This document shows, piece by piece, positions 1-13,225 of a stretch of 64,000 nt of DNA. Numbering within the stretch: position 1 is the stretch's first letter; each line of letters opens with the position of its first letter. The notes under the pieces are model-generated. The model saw nothing but the letters and a program-made list of their open reading frames with translations. It was not told where the DNA came from and searched no databases. Origin of the DNA: Azolla caroliniana (lineage: Eukaryota; Plantae; Polypodiophyta). The stretch spans positions 1,302,001 to 1,366,000 of the forward strand of contig JBHGNT010000009.1 of the NCBI GenBank assembly GCA_043228905.1, given 5' to 3'. The translations under genes and the position numbers were made by a program.

Positions 1-350
1 CATAGTTATGATGATAGAGTTACTAGTGTAACTTTTGTACAATGCGTAAGAGTGAGAGAGAGAGCGATATACAGAGATCGTGTCTCTATTGTAACCGCCG
101 CTAGGCGAAGATTGTGAGCAAGAGGTTGTTGCTTCTGTGCTCCCTATTGTATTTATTTTTGACATAGTGATAGTTTGGAGTCTATGAACTCCCGTGGTTT
201 TTCCCTCTCAGGGTTTTCCATGTTAACATCCTATGTATTCTCTTTCTGTTTTGCATACTTACCCCCATTCCCATTTCTTTTGTGTTTGATCGTCATCAAG
301 TGATCTACCCTTCGGTTGTGGCCGGAGATTATTCCGCATATTTCACGACA
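1..350 (+). mobile_element. 3' part of a Ty1/copia LTR (second copy of the LTR ending at 38345)
   Basis: Near-identical to 37996-38345. Ends ...catatttcacgaCA and is followed by the same CCCTG target sequence (351-355). Confidence 0.9.
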
Positions 351-2413
351 CCCTGCACGAGGATCCCATCGCGCGTCTGAGCCCGGGTGCTCCCCGACAG
401 GTCCCGGGATGCAGGCTCCCTCTTTCCCTCTCTGTGTGGAACCGGTGTCGTGTGCGTGAGTTTGAGTTCTAACCGGCGCCGAAGAGCCGGTCAAAACCGG
501 GTGTATATGTGTGTGTGTTTGCACGCGGACGTGGTTAACAGGGCCGTGACCCATGCCTGTTTTGGGCCCTTGTACATACAAACTGAAGGGCATTGTAGAT
601 GAGTGCACATCTTCTCACTCCACGGACGGTTATCGGTTGCAGCCGAGAAGAAACCGGCAGTGCGGCAAGATCCCAAGGACTCGAGCCTCCGACAATCTCC
701 TCTCTCTTGGTCCATGACCCCGGTGGTCCCGCCTAGATCCGACATGCAAGCGCGGAATCCCACGACATATTTGGTGAACCCGACGTGAAGGGTGGCGACA
801 GAGAGTGGAGGTTGAGGCCGAAGACTTCGAGGGGAGGAGTCGAGGAGCGGCACATTGTCATGAGCGAGATTGAACGAGTCGACCGTTACAGCGGCAGGGA
901 GGGTGCGAAATGAATCGCCCTCTATTACATGGTGAGAAAGACCGACCAGGCGAAGGTCGGGAATCGGGAAGAAGATGATCGAGGGTGCGGAACGAGTCCG
1001 GCAGGATCGGCATCAGAGCCGAAAATCCAGACATTGGAGAATCAAGCCCAGACAGGGCTTGATCGATCATAGAGCGGATGCTTTCCACAGACAACACTAA
1101 AAGGGTCGGTGGCCCGAATGAGTTGTCCGGAGTTGTTATGAAATCGGTGTACCCACATCTTGACCGGAGTCTTCGGCAGTTCAGCCGGCGTGGCAACGTG
1201 AGATCGAAAGAGAAGGGAGATGGAGGCGGGAGCACAGCAAGGAGAGCGATGACGAGTTCGGGAGAAGTACAAGGGACGGATGCGGAGAATGAAGACCGGT
1301 CCTATGGGTCACCTCACACCGGATCTAGAGACTTCGGCGGTCGGCATCGGATCCGACGTAAGACAAAGATACTGATAGTGGCGGCAGGAGAACAGGACCC
1401 AATAATCCAGAGAATGATGGACGAACCCGGACAAGAACTGGGCGGAACGGAATTCCGGATAACCTATTCGGAAGGGAGGAAGAGAGATATTGTATGTGTG
1501 GTTTGGTGGGGGTGGATGTCGTGAAGTTTCCGCCACATAGTAAGAAACCGAGAGATATTGGAGGGATCGGCGAGGTGCAACGTGTGCACCCATCCTTGTA
1601 AATTTGTATAGGGAATAGGGGCGCCTTTATGGCGCCGAACAACAATAATTATGGGACATAGAATCCCATGTATCGTGGGTCTATCTCACATTCCATGGGA
1701 CCCTCACCTTGTTCTATAAAAGGGAGGGCGCGCCCTTTGTATAGGGGTTCCCAGTTTTTCTCTTGGGTTCCAATTTTGCTCTTTCTCTCTTCAGGCTCTG
1801 TCCTGATTTGTATGCTTTAGGGTTCACAGAGTTCCCCTCTACGGGTTCCATTGTTGTTCCTATGTAATATAACACAACAGTTACTGTTCTACTTCTATGT
1901 CTTCTTCCTTTCGTCTTGTTCTCTTTTCTCTGTTTTTGTTAGGGTTTCTGTGTGACCTTTTTGAAGGTCTTCCGTTCTCTTGAAGATGTGAGTTCGTTCG
2001 AGTCTGTGTGTGTGTGTGCGGGTGTTAAGGTGTCTTCGCTATCATTCGTAGTAAACTGCGCACTCGGTTGTCTGGTAGGAAGCTCCCTCTTCTCTGGCGT
2101 GCAAGACCCACAGGAGACGACGAGCTGAACACTCCTGGTAGGTGGTTCGGCAGCAAGAGGTGGTCGTTCAAGAAAGGGGGCATGCCCTGCACGAGGATCC
2201 CATCGCACGTCTGAGCCCAAGTGCTCCCCGACCGGTCCCGGGATGCAGGGTCCCTCTTTCCCTCTCTGTGCAGAACCGGCGTCGTGTGCGTGAGGCTGAG
2301 TTCTAACGGTGCCAAAGAGCCGGTAAAAACCGGGTGTGTATGTGTGTGTGCGTGCGCGCGGGCGCGGTTAACCGGGCTTTGACCCGTGCCTGTTTTGGGC
2401 CCTTGTACATATG
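351..2413 (+). mobile_element. Partial second copy of non-autonomous gypsy-type element Z (LTR end 351-767, PBS, deleted internal region, PPT, truncated LTR 1517-2413)
   Basis: Colinear with 38346-38750 + 39439-40170 + 41509-42403. The LTR starts TGTCGTGAAG at 1517 after the purine-rich GGTTTGGTGGGGGTGGA. No gag/pol motifs are present. Confidence 0.85.
772..789 (+). promoter_or_regulatory. Primer-binding site complementary to tRNA-Trp
   Basis: TGGTGAACCCGACGTGAA lies 4 nt after the LTR end and is the reverse complement of the 3' end of plant cytosolic tRNA-Trp. The same PBS occurs at 39459-39476 and 58744-58761, and in degenerate form on minus at ~56135-56152. Confidence 0.8.
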
Positions 2414-2699
2414 TACTAGTTTACATGTGCCACTAGGTGTGAAACATGTTGCTTCTCCTCTCAATCCACGCGCTCTACTTTCTTGTGGGGACTATTTGTG
2501 CCCCATGCTTCAATAGTCCGCTCTAAAAATCTGAGGATTCGCCTCCAAGACTATCTCGATTCCTTTCATGATTGGCTCGCATCATTAGGAATTGGACCGA
2601 TCTTTGGCTGTCAAGACTCTTTATTCGTGCGAAGGCTGCTTCATTATCGAACACTTTGGTCTCCATCAACATGTACATTATCATCAATGAATATCATCG

Positions 2700-5600
2700 A
2701 AGCATCTTGATTGAGGAAGCTGACGTCAACACAAAATATAAAACGGTGGATAAGAAGGTCAAGCTAGTTGCAGTTCCGCTACCGGAAGATAGCTGGTAGA
2801 AGATGAAGGAAGTCACTAACGACCCAAGCTTAAGAGATCCGAAGACAATAGGTCATGTCTTCACCAAAGAGACGAAGGGAAAGCTACGAGTTCGAAGGGA
2901 GGATTTCCTTCTCCCTGAAGACGAGCGAATGTTTCAAGACATGCTTGAGAGACATGGGAAGACTTTCACATTTTTCCCATGAGAAATCGGATGTGCTGAC
3001 CCAAGGACAATAGAACCAATGGTGATCTTCACGGTGCCGCTTGTGCCTTGGAATTTGAAACCGATACCGGTTCCGAGAGCACACCTACCGAAGTTGATCG
3101 AGCTCTTAAAGGAGAAGGTGAATATGGGAATTCTGGAACCGTCGAATGCTCCTTATTCCAATAGGTGGTTCACGGTCCCAAAGAAGAATGGATCATTGCG
3201 ATTCATCCAAGATCTTCAACCCGTCAATAAGGTGACAATTCGAAATGCCGGAATCGGTCCGAGCGTGGATGAATTTGCCGAGGCGTTTGCGGGCCGGTCC
3301 ATCTACTCCATTGGTGATACCTACTCCAGATATGACCAATTCCAATTGGTGATCGACAGTCGTGACATTACAACCATGTGGACTCTGATCGGCCTTGTGC
3401 GGATGTGTACCTTACCTTAAGGCGCAACGAACTCGGTGGCTCATATGGTGAATGCCATGAACAAAGTCTTGAAGGATTGTATCCCGGACATCACGATGCC
3501 ATTCTTGGATGATATTCCGATAAAAGGATGTTCGGATGAGGAGAAAGATGAGGAGAAAGATAAGGAAGGGTGTAGAAAGTTCGTCGCGGATCATATGAAA
3601 GATTGCGAGAAGGTGCTTCAAAGGCTCGAAGATGCGAATTTGACATTTTCGGGAGAAAAATCCGCATTCGAGCAACCGTAGATCTTGGTGGTAGGTCACT
3701 TTTGTGGAGCATACGGCCGGAAGCCTTCGCCATCCAAGGTGAACGCTGTCGCGTTGTTGCGCGCGTGCGTGGAGAAAGGCGGGACCACGGGGGTCTTGCA
3801 CCAGGGAGTGACGGAGCGTAGGAAGTCGTGCTTCACTGTTTCTGGGGCATCCCAGAAGCACACCAGAAGCAACCGAAGGGAGAGAGAGAGAGAGAGCTTA
3901 ACACCGACTCGCGCGCACACACACACACAGCCCGACCCGACTCACGCCCTTATGTACAGGAAACGCAGGAAAGGGGGAGCACCCGACACCAACATAGACG
4001 CGAATATACACAGACAGACGCAAACATATATATATATATATGTATAGACAGAAGAATACAATCCCGGCTTCGAACTGGACCAAGATAGTTTACAACAGTC
4101 GTCTTGCACAGGAGATAAGCTGCAGCCAACCCTAAACGAACACGAAGGGGAAGAAGAAGAAGCAGAAGAAACCTAACCCTAAACCTACCGGTATACCCTC
4201 TAATCCAAAATGGGCAACCCTTTTACAAAGGGCGTTCCCTCCCTTTTATAGAACAAGGAGAGGGATGTGTTACAATGTGGGACAAATCCCGACTTTCATG
4301 GGATCGTCTGTCCCGACTTGACTACTCTTCGGCGCCATAAAGGCGCCCTCAATATTCACACTAAATGCACATGGGTGCGTATACACGCTGCACCCCGCCG
4401 ATGTAGCCAATGTTTCCCGGTTTTCGCCTATGGCCGAAATTCTTCACGACAACGCGATCCAAGATATGAAAGAAGAATGCGTAAACCAAACGGAGGTTCG
4501 AAGGTTCCTTGGAGCATGCGTGTTTTATCATATCTGGATTCCGCACTACGCCCATGTTGCCGAACCTTTATATGGATTGCTAAAGAAAAGAGTGAAGTTC
4601 GAATGGCGTGACGAGCACACGAACGTGATGCGAAGATTGAAGAAACTACTTCTTGAAGCTCCAACACTAAGAAAGGCTGATTATACCGAAGGAAAGCCAA
4701 ATTATGTGACTGTAGATACGAGCCCAACCGGAATCGGGTGGGTCATCAACCAAGAGGGAAAAGATAATGCGCGGTATGCCATCCAATTCGGAGCAAAAGT
4801 TCTCAGCGAATGGCAACAAAGATACGCCCAAGTCAAGCGGGAACTTTGGGATATTGTGTCGGCAGTGAAGACGTACAAAGATTACCTGATCGGGTCGGAA
4901 GTGATAATAGAGATAGATTGTCTCCCAATCATCGGAATGATCTCGGGATGTGCAACCCCAGATCTACCTATGCTAAGGTGGATCGCCTATATCAAGTCTT
5001 TAAACCCAGAAATCCATCACATTGCAGGGAAGAAGAACGCCATGGCTAACATGCTATCAAGGGCAAGATTTGAGAATGAAAGTGACATGGTTTCAGAAGA
5101 TGAAGATGTCACCCTCGACTTCTTCAAGGTGAAGAAAGAAGAGCAAGTGACGTTGATGACCGAATTCCACGAGAGTGCTTGGGTAGGTCATAGAGGAACA
5201 TGGGCGACATTCGAAAAGTTGAAGGAAAAGTACTGGTGGCCGAGCATGTACAAAGTTGTACTCCATTTTGTGTCCACATGCGAAACTTGCCAAGTACATT
5301 CGAATATACGTCATCTTGATGAGTTACAAACGACATACCCGCTCACCATACACTTCAAATGGATGGTGGATCTGATCTCGATGCCAATGGGAGTGGGACA
5401 AATGAAGTACTTAGTGCTGGCAAGAGAAGACTTGACAAATCAAGTGGAAGGATGGGCCTTGACGAATAAGACAACGTCAGCTGTTTGCAAATTTCTACTT
5501 GAAGAGGTTGTTTGCCAATACAGATGTGTGGGGAAGATAGTCGTCGACCAAGGGGAGTTGGATGCACATGAAGCAAAGGAGCTTTTTGAACGACTAGGTG

Positions 5601-6304
5601 TGAAGCTCTCCCTCACGACTGCCTATAATCCAGAAGCAAATGGGAAGATCGAGCAAGGGCATGAACCTATCGTCAAAGCCATTGTACGAGCATGCAACGG
5701 ACGAGTCGGGAATTGGCCACGACTATTGCCCTATGCCTTGTGGGCCGACAGAACGACACACGGCTGGGTGACAAGGTATATGCCAACGGAGCTTATGTAT
5801 GGACAAAAGTCGGTGATGCCCATCGAAAGGATGATCGCCTCATGGGAAGCGATACCATGGGAGAACGAGATGAGCCGGGAAGAGTTATTAGCGACACGAA
5901 TAAGGCAACTTGAAAGGAGACCTAAAGATCTAGAAAAAGCGCGAAAGATGATGGAGGCAGCCTGAGTAAAGAACAAAATTCGGTTCCACAAGACGCATCG
6001 ACTACGTCCCAAGAAGATCAAAGAAGGGGATTGGGTATTGGTCTACGACAGTAGCCTTGACAATGAACACAATACAACAAGGAAGTTCGCAAGAAGATGG
6101 TTTGGACCATATGTGTTGACAAGTGCTAACGACAATGCCACATACCACCTTGCGGAGCTAGATGGATCAAGGTTGGCCATACCCATTGCGGAAAAAAGAG
6201 TAAAGATTTTCAAGAAAAGACAAGACGAGGATCCTGACCTCGATCACCTCGACGATGACGATAGTAGGACAGAAGTAAATGAGGACGTGGAGGATTCATA
6301 CTGA
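2700..6304 (+). pseudogene. Ty3/gypsy (non-chromovirus, Phygy-like) pol pseudogene: RT, RNase H, integrase
   Basis: RT motifs PYSNRWFTVPKK, YSRYDQF, FLDDIPIKG; RNase H VDTSPTGIG; integrase zinc finger H..GHRG..C..C and core WMVDL/VVDQG/PEANGKIE; RRWFGPY. In-frame stops at 3418, 3679 and 5963; split by a solo LTR. Confidence 0.9.
3747..4451 (-). mobile_element. Gypsy solo LTR inserted in pol, 4-bp TSD ACGC
   Basis: TG...CA ends with ACGC at 3743-3746 and 4452-4455. Removing the insert restores the frame SKVNAIQDMKEE. Confidence 0.9.
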
Positions 6305-6376
6305 TCACTACTGCCGAAATCTCACTTTCTCTCTTCTTGGCACGTACCGGAGGACATGCGGTTTGGTGGGGGTGGA

Positions 6377-7424
6377 TGTCGTGAAGATTTTCGGTGATAG
6401 TGTGGAAATTGTAACGAACATTCGAAATCGAGTGTGGCTCTTCTCACGAGAAAAACAAAAGAATAATGGTGAAGATAATATTTTGAATAAGTTTAATATC
6501 TAGGTACAAAAAGATGGAGGTCTTCAAGAGCTTTCAAATGTGCTTTACCACATAAAAAACGGACATCTAAGTGACAAGTTATGTGGGAGTGAAGTATGAG
6601 AAGGAAGAAGAGAAAAATAAAACTGTGAGATATCCCACATAGACAGTACAAACAAGAACCCTACAATATATAAAGTAGAGCAAAAGCTATTATCTTTGTG
6701 TCTATGTGTGGAGCATAGAGAGTTCAAGGTGACTTAAACAAAGTTAATATGATGAACGAGTGTGGTTGCCTAGCTACAGGTTTTGGCCAACCGAAACAGG
6801 ACCGTCGGCGACATCCGGCATCTGGCGAGATGACAACGGGATAGATATATAAATAAATATATGTATACACATATATATATACACAAGGAATGCAAGTGTG
6901 GATTTGAACCTTCCATCTCCAAGTTGAGAGTCTATAGACTTACCACTAAGCCAAAACATTTTCTTGAAATTTTATTTTTATCATTATAGTTTTACATTTA
7001 AATTCTCATAGATGAGACCTTGAATGAGTAGCATGATTCTCATGCATCACATGTAACGCATGAGCGCCAAATCGCAAGCATGCATCACATGCATCATATG
7101 CATGAGAGCATCTATAAAAGAGGAGATAAAAAAGAAGAAGGGTTAGGTACCTTTTTTTTATATGAAATTAAGAGAAGAAAATTCGTTATCGAATTGATCG
7201 TGTAACTTGTTTCTTAAATCTAAAGTCAATTGCTCAATCTTAATCTCTCTCTTTTGCCATATCAATCTTTCTCAATCTAAAGTCAAAAGTTTAATCTCAA
7301 ACTCTCTCTCTCAAATTATCTTAAATATTTTCTCGCTAAAGTTTGTGCCAACTTCGAATCTTTTCAGTCCAAGACCCCAGCGGTTCCACCTTGCGATCCG
7401 CGCTTAGTGATAGATCTTCACGAT
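6377..7424 (+). mobile_element. 3' LTR of the gypsy pol element, probably interrupted by other sequence (~6500-6840)
   Basis: TGTCGTGAAG follows the PPT-like GGTTTGGTGGGGGTGGA. Family-type 3' end caagacccc..ggttcc..cttcacgata. Confidence 0.55.
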
Positions 7425-10400
7425 AGTGTGAACCGTCTCCTCGATTCCTTGCACAGGGAGAGCACGGCAAAGTCTCCATTACTCGCCGGTTCCTCATCCG
7501 ACTGCTCATCCCCGCTCATTCGGTCCACTTAACCGAAATGAGATTGGACTCTCATCTAGATTGCCGAGGTCTTCATCTTCGAGCTGGACCGGTTCATGCT
7601 CACTAGCCTCATCCTCCGGTATCGGGTTGGGGTCGGAAGTCGGAGCCGGTAAGGCATACCATGATGCCGTCTCATCAAACTCAACATCCCGGTTAACTCG
7701 GACATGCTTCGTCCTGGGGTTATAACACTTATACCCCTTTTGCTCATGCGAGTAACCGACCAGGATGCATTTCTCCGACTTTGCATCCAACTTCCTCCGC
7801 TTCTCATGCGGCACATGCACATATACAATGCTACCGAATATCCGAAGGTGTGTCAAATACAGCTCATGCGCGGACACCTTGTCATCGATCCGGTTTTGGA
7901 TGTAGACGGTTGTCTGGACCGCCTCCGCCCAATAGAAATGGCGCATGCTCTTCTCCTCTAGAATTGCCCTTGCCGCGTCGACAATCGACTGGTTCTTCCT
8001 TTCTGCCACACCGTTTTGCTCCGGTGTGTACTTGCAGTTGAATTCTCTCCGAATTCCGTTCTGCTGCAGATAACTGTTGAATTGGCCGGAAAAGAATTCT
8101 TTCCCGCCATCCGACCGCAGGCAGTTGATCTTCCTCTCCGTTTCCCGTTCAACCAATCTTTGAAGGTTCCGGAAACACTTGAAGACTTCACTCTTCCGCT
8201 CAATGAGGTAGATCCATGTGTGTCGGTTGTAGTCGTCGATGAAGGAGACGAAATATCGACTCCCACCAAGACTAACGTTCTGTGTTGGCCCCCATACATC
8301 CGAATGAGTAAGGTCGAGCTTGTTACGGCTACAGTTTCTTTCGGTAGGGAATGGAAGCCGGTGTTGCTTCCCAAGTTGGCAGGCTTCACATATTTGGACC
8401 TTTCGATCATTGAACTTCGACAAACCGAAAACAACTTGTTTCGTTTGCAGGTCTTGAAGCCTCCGGTAATTGATGTGGCCGATCCGCTTGTGCCAGAGAT
8501 CAATATTCGATTCAATCTTCTGTACTTTGGCGAACAAAGCGGTGCTGACATCATTGGTGTCGAGGATGAACATCCTCCCATCTATGCGCCCTTGCGCACT
8601 AATCTGGCCCTCTTCCTCGATGAAGCACCCAAGGTGCGTAAACCGCACCTGCATCCCCTGGTCAACAATCTGACCAATTGACGACAGGTTCTTCGTGATA
8701 GTCGGAACGTGTAATACGTTCATCAGCTTCCCCCTCTGTCCGACGTGGCTCAAAGGGACTTCTCCGATATGCACGATTGGGTGAGGAGTGTCGTCTCCGG
8801 TTTTGACGACTCCCGGTTGTTCCAGTTTCTCCAAAAAGGAGAACCACTCTTTGTGGCTCGTCATGTGATTCAACGCACCAGAATCAACGTACCACACTTC
8901 CTCCGATTTGAAAGTGGTCTTCTTCATCGAGTTAGCCTCGTGTTTCATCACCAAGGCTGGCCCTTTACCGACTTTTCCGGTTTTTGATCCTCCCGATCCT
9001 TCTGCGTAGTGCGAGCTTTGCCGGTTCTCCCGATCGGTTTTGCCGTATCCGGATTTGTCCGAATCGGCGCACTTCTTCCAACACTCGCTTTCCCTGTGGC
9101 CCTTTTTGCCATAGTACCAGCATTCCGTGTCGGCCTTTCCTTGTCGGCTCCCGCTGCCGCTTTGACTCCCCCTGCTTGTAAAGGGTCCGGAACTGCTGTC
9201 GGCACCTCCTTTGTGCCTTCAGTCCTGCTCTTGCCGGCCGCTACCATTGCGAGCCGACCCGCCTCGTCCACCACGCCCACGGGGCCGATCCGCCTCCGTG
9301 TACAACATCCGATTGTCGGTGGGTGCACTTGTTGACGCACCGGCGTGGTTCTCCTCTACAAGGAGCATCGATTGTAAGTCGAAAAATGACAGTGTATTCT
9401 CCCTTGTACATACCGTCGTTCAGAATGCTCTGAACGTAGATGCTAGGCCCCCAATATAGAGCTACACCATCTCATCTTCCTCTATAGTGACGTTGATAGA
9501 GGCAAGTGAGTCATAGATCTCTTTGATTTGGGCCGTGTAATCGGCTACCGACATGTCTTTCTATCGGACATTGCTCAACTCCTGTCGAAGTTGTAGCTTC
9601 CGAGCCGTAGTGCTTGCCGCGAAAACCTTCTTCAAATTTCCCCAAGCTTCTTTTGGCGTCTTGGCATCTCGAACATGGCTCAGCAGCTGGTCTCCGACAC
9701 TGGACGCAAAGCAGTACATCACTCTGCTTGCCGCATGTTCCCACACTAGGAAGTCCTTGTGTGCCGCATCAGGTGTTGTGTAGTTAGCTCCATCGACATA
9801 GCTCCAATAACCATGCCCAAGCAGGTACTGGTGCATCTTGTATGACCAAGATGCGTAGTTGGATCTGTCGAGCTTCTCCACCAGGAGCAAGCTAGCCATT
9901 CCTCTGTCCATTACTTCTCTTTCTGTTCTTACCGGGTCTTAGGGTTTGTCTTCAGATGCTGATGTCGGCTATAGAGGTTCTCAACCCTCGCGCTCTGATA
10001 CCATGTAAAAAGAATAGCATGTGGAAGCAATAGAAAACCGAAAACAGAAATGCACGTTTAATGGAGAGCTTGAATATACACAGTATGCAGGAGAGACAAA
10101 GAAAGAGCAAAACATAAACCTCTATACAAAAAATTAACACTAAAACTCTCTTTTCATACAACGTGCTCAACAGCACTATCCATACAAGTCCTAAGACGAC
10201 TGACAAAAGTACAGTGTACTTCAATGCTCACATGAGCGTCCGACACTAACTACGAGACATTAACTACCTAGTAGTCTAGGCTACTACTAGGCTTCCAGTT
10301 ACTACTTGATCCGGCTAACCGGCTCCCCAGCTCACCTGCTCACCGATCCAGCTCATCCTTTCAGATGTCGATCCGGCTCAAGCTTATTCAGCCGATCCGG

Positions 10401-10425
10401 ATCTAGTTGAGCTTGCCGCTCAACA
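7425..10425 (-). mobile_element. 5' half of a Ty1/copia element (LTR 10004-10425, iMet PBS, gag, protease, integrase)
   Basis: PBS TGGTATCAGAGC on minus (9992-10003); gag KLDRSNYASW (9561-9911); protease WYVDSGALNHM; GAG-pre-integrase LWHKRIGH..CEAC; integrase HSDVWGP/RSDGGKEF/PEQNGVAER (7506-8954). Frameshifted. Confidence 0.92.
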
Positions 10426-12100
10426 GAACCCTATCTTCTTTCACAACCTTATCCAACTCTTGGCATGTTGCCATATCGTTCGAGGATCCAAACTTGAAAC
10501 CATTGGCCTCTTTGTCCATCAATAACAATTCTACTTCCATTGTTTCCTTTTTCTCATAACTAGTTTTTCCTTTGTTATTATCAGTTGTAGGTATAGGTGC
10601 AGCTTCCTCCAATCGTTGGATAGTGACATCCACCATCTTCTGTTGCCCTTGTAGCTCTAGTTTTCGTTGTTGAGCTATTTCAATCTCCATGTCATCTTCC
10701 TTCTGTTTCAATTTATCTAGCGAGATTGTTTTGGTAGGTGGTTGACCCTCTATCAACCGAGAAGATGACTTAGAAAGCATTGTTGTCATTGGGGGACATG
10801 TATCAGTCTTCGATGGGATCAATGAACCTATCGCAAGTGGCACTTGAGGGTCGTCACTACCTGAAGTGTTGTATATTTATTATGAAGGGGAGGAAATTCC
10901 TGAAGGTTATTAGGTTGTACTTGTTGAATTTTACTTGGTCGAGAAGTTTTCCTATTCCCTACTATAGTCCATCCTTCATATGAGGCCTTATATGGAATAA
11001 TGGTCGTAGAGGGCTCCACTATATGAGAGGCATTTTGAAACTTAGGACAATGTTTGGCCAAATGGCCAAACCCGAAACACCGAAAACATTGATTAGGCAA
11101 ACCTCGGTACATGATTTTCTGAGAATACGGAGACTGCGTTGAGTTCAACAAATTGGGCAACAAAATGTGAGACGACAATATTGTCGCCCTAGAAACCAGA
11201 ATTTTAGCTGATATCGCACCTAACATTTTGTCTCCTTTTTTTCATGGCTTATCATATACCTCTAATACCGTACCAATTGTAGCAACAATTAATTCGATAG
11301 AAGTTATCCATTCTTTACGCAAATTCGGAAAACCCACCATACATGTATAAAGAGAGTCATGTTCATGGAGTACCTAGTTTGCCGAGAAATTGTGGATCCA
11401 TTTGTGAAAAGAAACCCATCCTCCCTTGATCACGATAGCTTTCCTTTCTAACATAAATGGCACCATTCGATCTAATTCAAACTCGAGCTGATAGTAGTTC
11501 CTTCCTAACATTTGCACATCCACGATGTTGTCAACATCTTGTTTTAACACATCTTGTAACAGTAAACGTATATCCGCACGTGATGGACGAATCCCCAACA
11601 CACGTGCAATGATCATCCTCCTTTCAGTCACTTGAATCTCTCACAAAATATGAATCCTATCTTGTTCTGATAACAGGAGTTCAACCACATTGTCCGAAAT
11701 AGGAGTTGCATCTGGGTTAGCTACACTAGAGCCCCAATAAGGCTTATCGCGACCTTGTGTTGAGTGTTCCTGTCTTGAACCTGCATCCATGTTTGTCGAA
11801 CCATCACCTACAACCCCATTAAGCAAATTTCTTATCACATCTGATTGCTTGCTATGTGTTCCAATCCTAGTCTTTCCTTCAAAAGATGATCCCTCCGACG
11901 ACCTTGACGCAACAACCTTCGTGGCTAGAATTTCCTGTCCACTTGGTACTACAGTAACATGTGAATATGCAGGCATCACCATTGTCTTATTCCCCTGTCC
12001 CGATGCTATCAGATCAACCATACATGTGGCGGCTGCTCTAGTAGATGTAACAGATGAAGGCAAGGATTCATGGGGAGAGGAAAGTAAGGGAGCGTGAGGA
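10426..12100 (-). pseudogene. LINE (L1-like) ORF1 remnant
   Basis: DUF4283-like segment (IIARVLG...LGRNYYQLEF...FHKW) followed by the zinc knuckle YRGLPNQCFRCFGFGHLAKHCP. Broken by stops and frameshifts. Confidence 0.7.
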
Positions 12101-12154
12101 AAGGGAGCTTAAGAAGAGGAAGGTCTAACTGTCAAGGTTTTCTCTAACCTAACT

Positions 12155-12321
12155 AGTAAACCACATAAACGACTTAACCGGTTTGAGCCGGTTTGGCAAG
12201 GCTCAAGCCAAGCCGAACCAAGCTCAAACCGTTTAGTCCAGCTCAAGCCTAAGCCGAGCCGAGCCGCGAAGCCGGTTTAGCTAAACGGTTTAGGCTTGAG
12301 CCGAGCCGTTGCCAATCCCTA
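12155..12321. mobile_element. Terminal fragment of a hAT-like DNA transposon
   Basis: Ends CCGTTGCCAATCCCTA (TAGGG-type terminus) after clustered GAGCC/AAACCG subterminal motifs. The other end was not found. Confidence 0.5.
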
Positions 12322-12399
12322 GTTGATCCACATTCCATACCATCCATTATGTATGTATTGATGTAGATGGCGTTGGGAAGAAATAACCATCACAGAGAT

Positions 12400-13225
12400 A
12401 AGTCAAATTTCATTAAAAGAAATTCAAAACTCTCCATTGATACATATAGGAAGTTTAGAACTTCCAAATTTACCAAAACCGTTAGATTCAATCTTGTACA
12501 AATTACCAACACATAGTACATTAAATGATGCCCATGATGATTATCTAAATCATTATTCTCATGAGATCCAACAAAATCATTTTTAAGATGATGATTCATC
12601 AATCAATAAGCATGCTCATAATCTTTGAAGATCATGATCAATGGTAGAGATCCAATGCTCGGTAGGGGGGATCCAACCCAAGGAAACTACAAGCTTAGAT
12701 GCAGTGATGCCACTGACATGGCCATAAGGGTTGAGTCGGCTATCATGTTCATCCTAAATGAGGCCATTGCCTCTAAGATGATGATTCTATAATCGAAAAG
12801 AAGTTAGTGTGTTGATAAGCAATGTGTAATGGTGCTAGCTATTGGTTTTGTGAATATTGGGTTCATGAGTTTATTTATATAAGGAACTTCTTGTGGGGTG
12901 AGGGCTTCATGAGGACTGGCTTTAAAGAAATGGCACATGATTATTATTGGTCTTATTGGCACATAGGCAGGTTCTCCTTTTATCAAGCGCAAGGTTAGAG
13001 ATCCTTTAACACACGTCGTGCCCACTGTGACAATAGAACCTTTACTAGACATGTCTCGATCGACACCTTCTCACTAATCAACACCACTAGAAAGTCTTAT
13101 TTTTCCCCATGGTGTTTAGAAAGTGTGAGGCTAGAAAGTCTCATTTTACACATGACGTGCATTAGGTGTGACATTAGAGAGTCCCATTTTCCCCACTGGC
13201 ATCATCTTTGAGATTAGAACATCAA
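12400..13225 (-). pseudogene. Decayed, internally deleted duplicate of the dirigent locus (promoter, start region, stop/3' UTR)
   Basis: 12745-13225 aligns with 15000-15645 (e.g. ttcatcct.aatgaggccattgcc; ggcatcatctttgagattagaacatcaatgt), and 12410-12605 aligns with 14280-14452. Confidence 0.75.

Noticed and set aside
6500-6836. Possible reverse solo LTR inside the 6377-7424 LTR
   Set aside because: One end looks like an LTR terminus, but no matching end or TSD could be identified.
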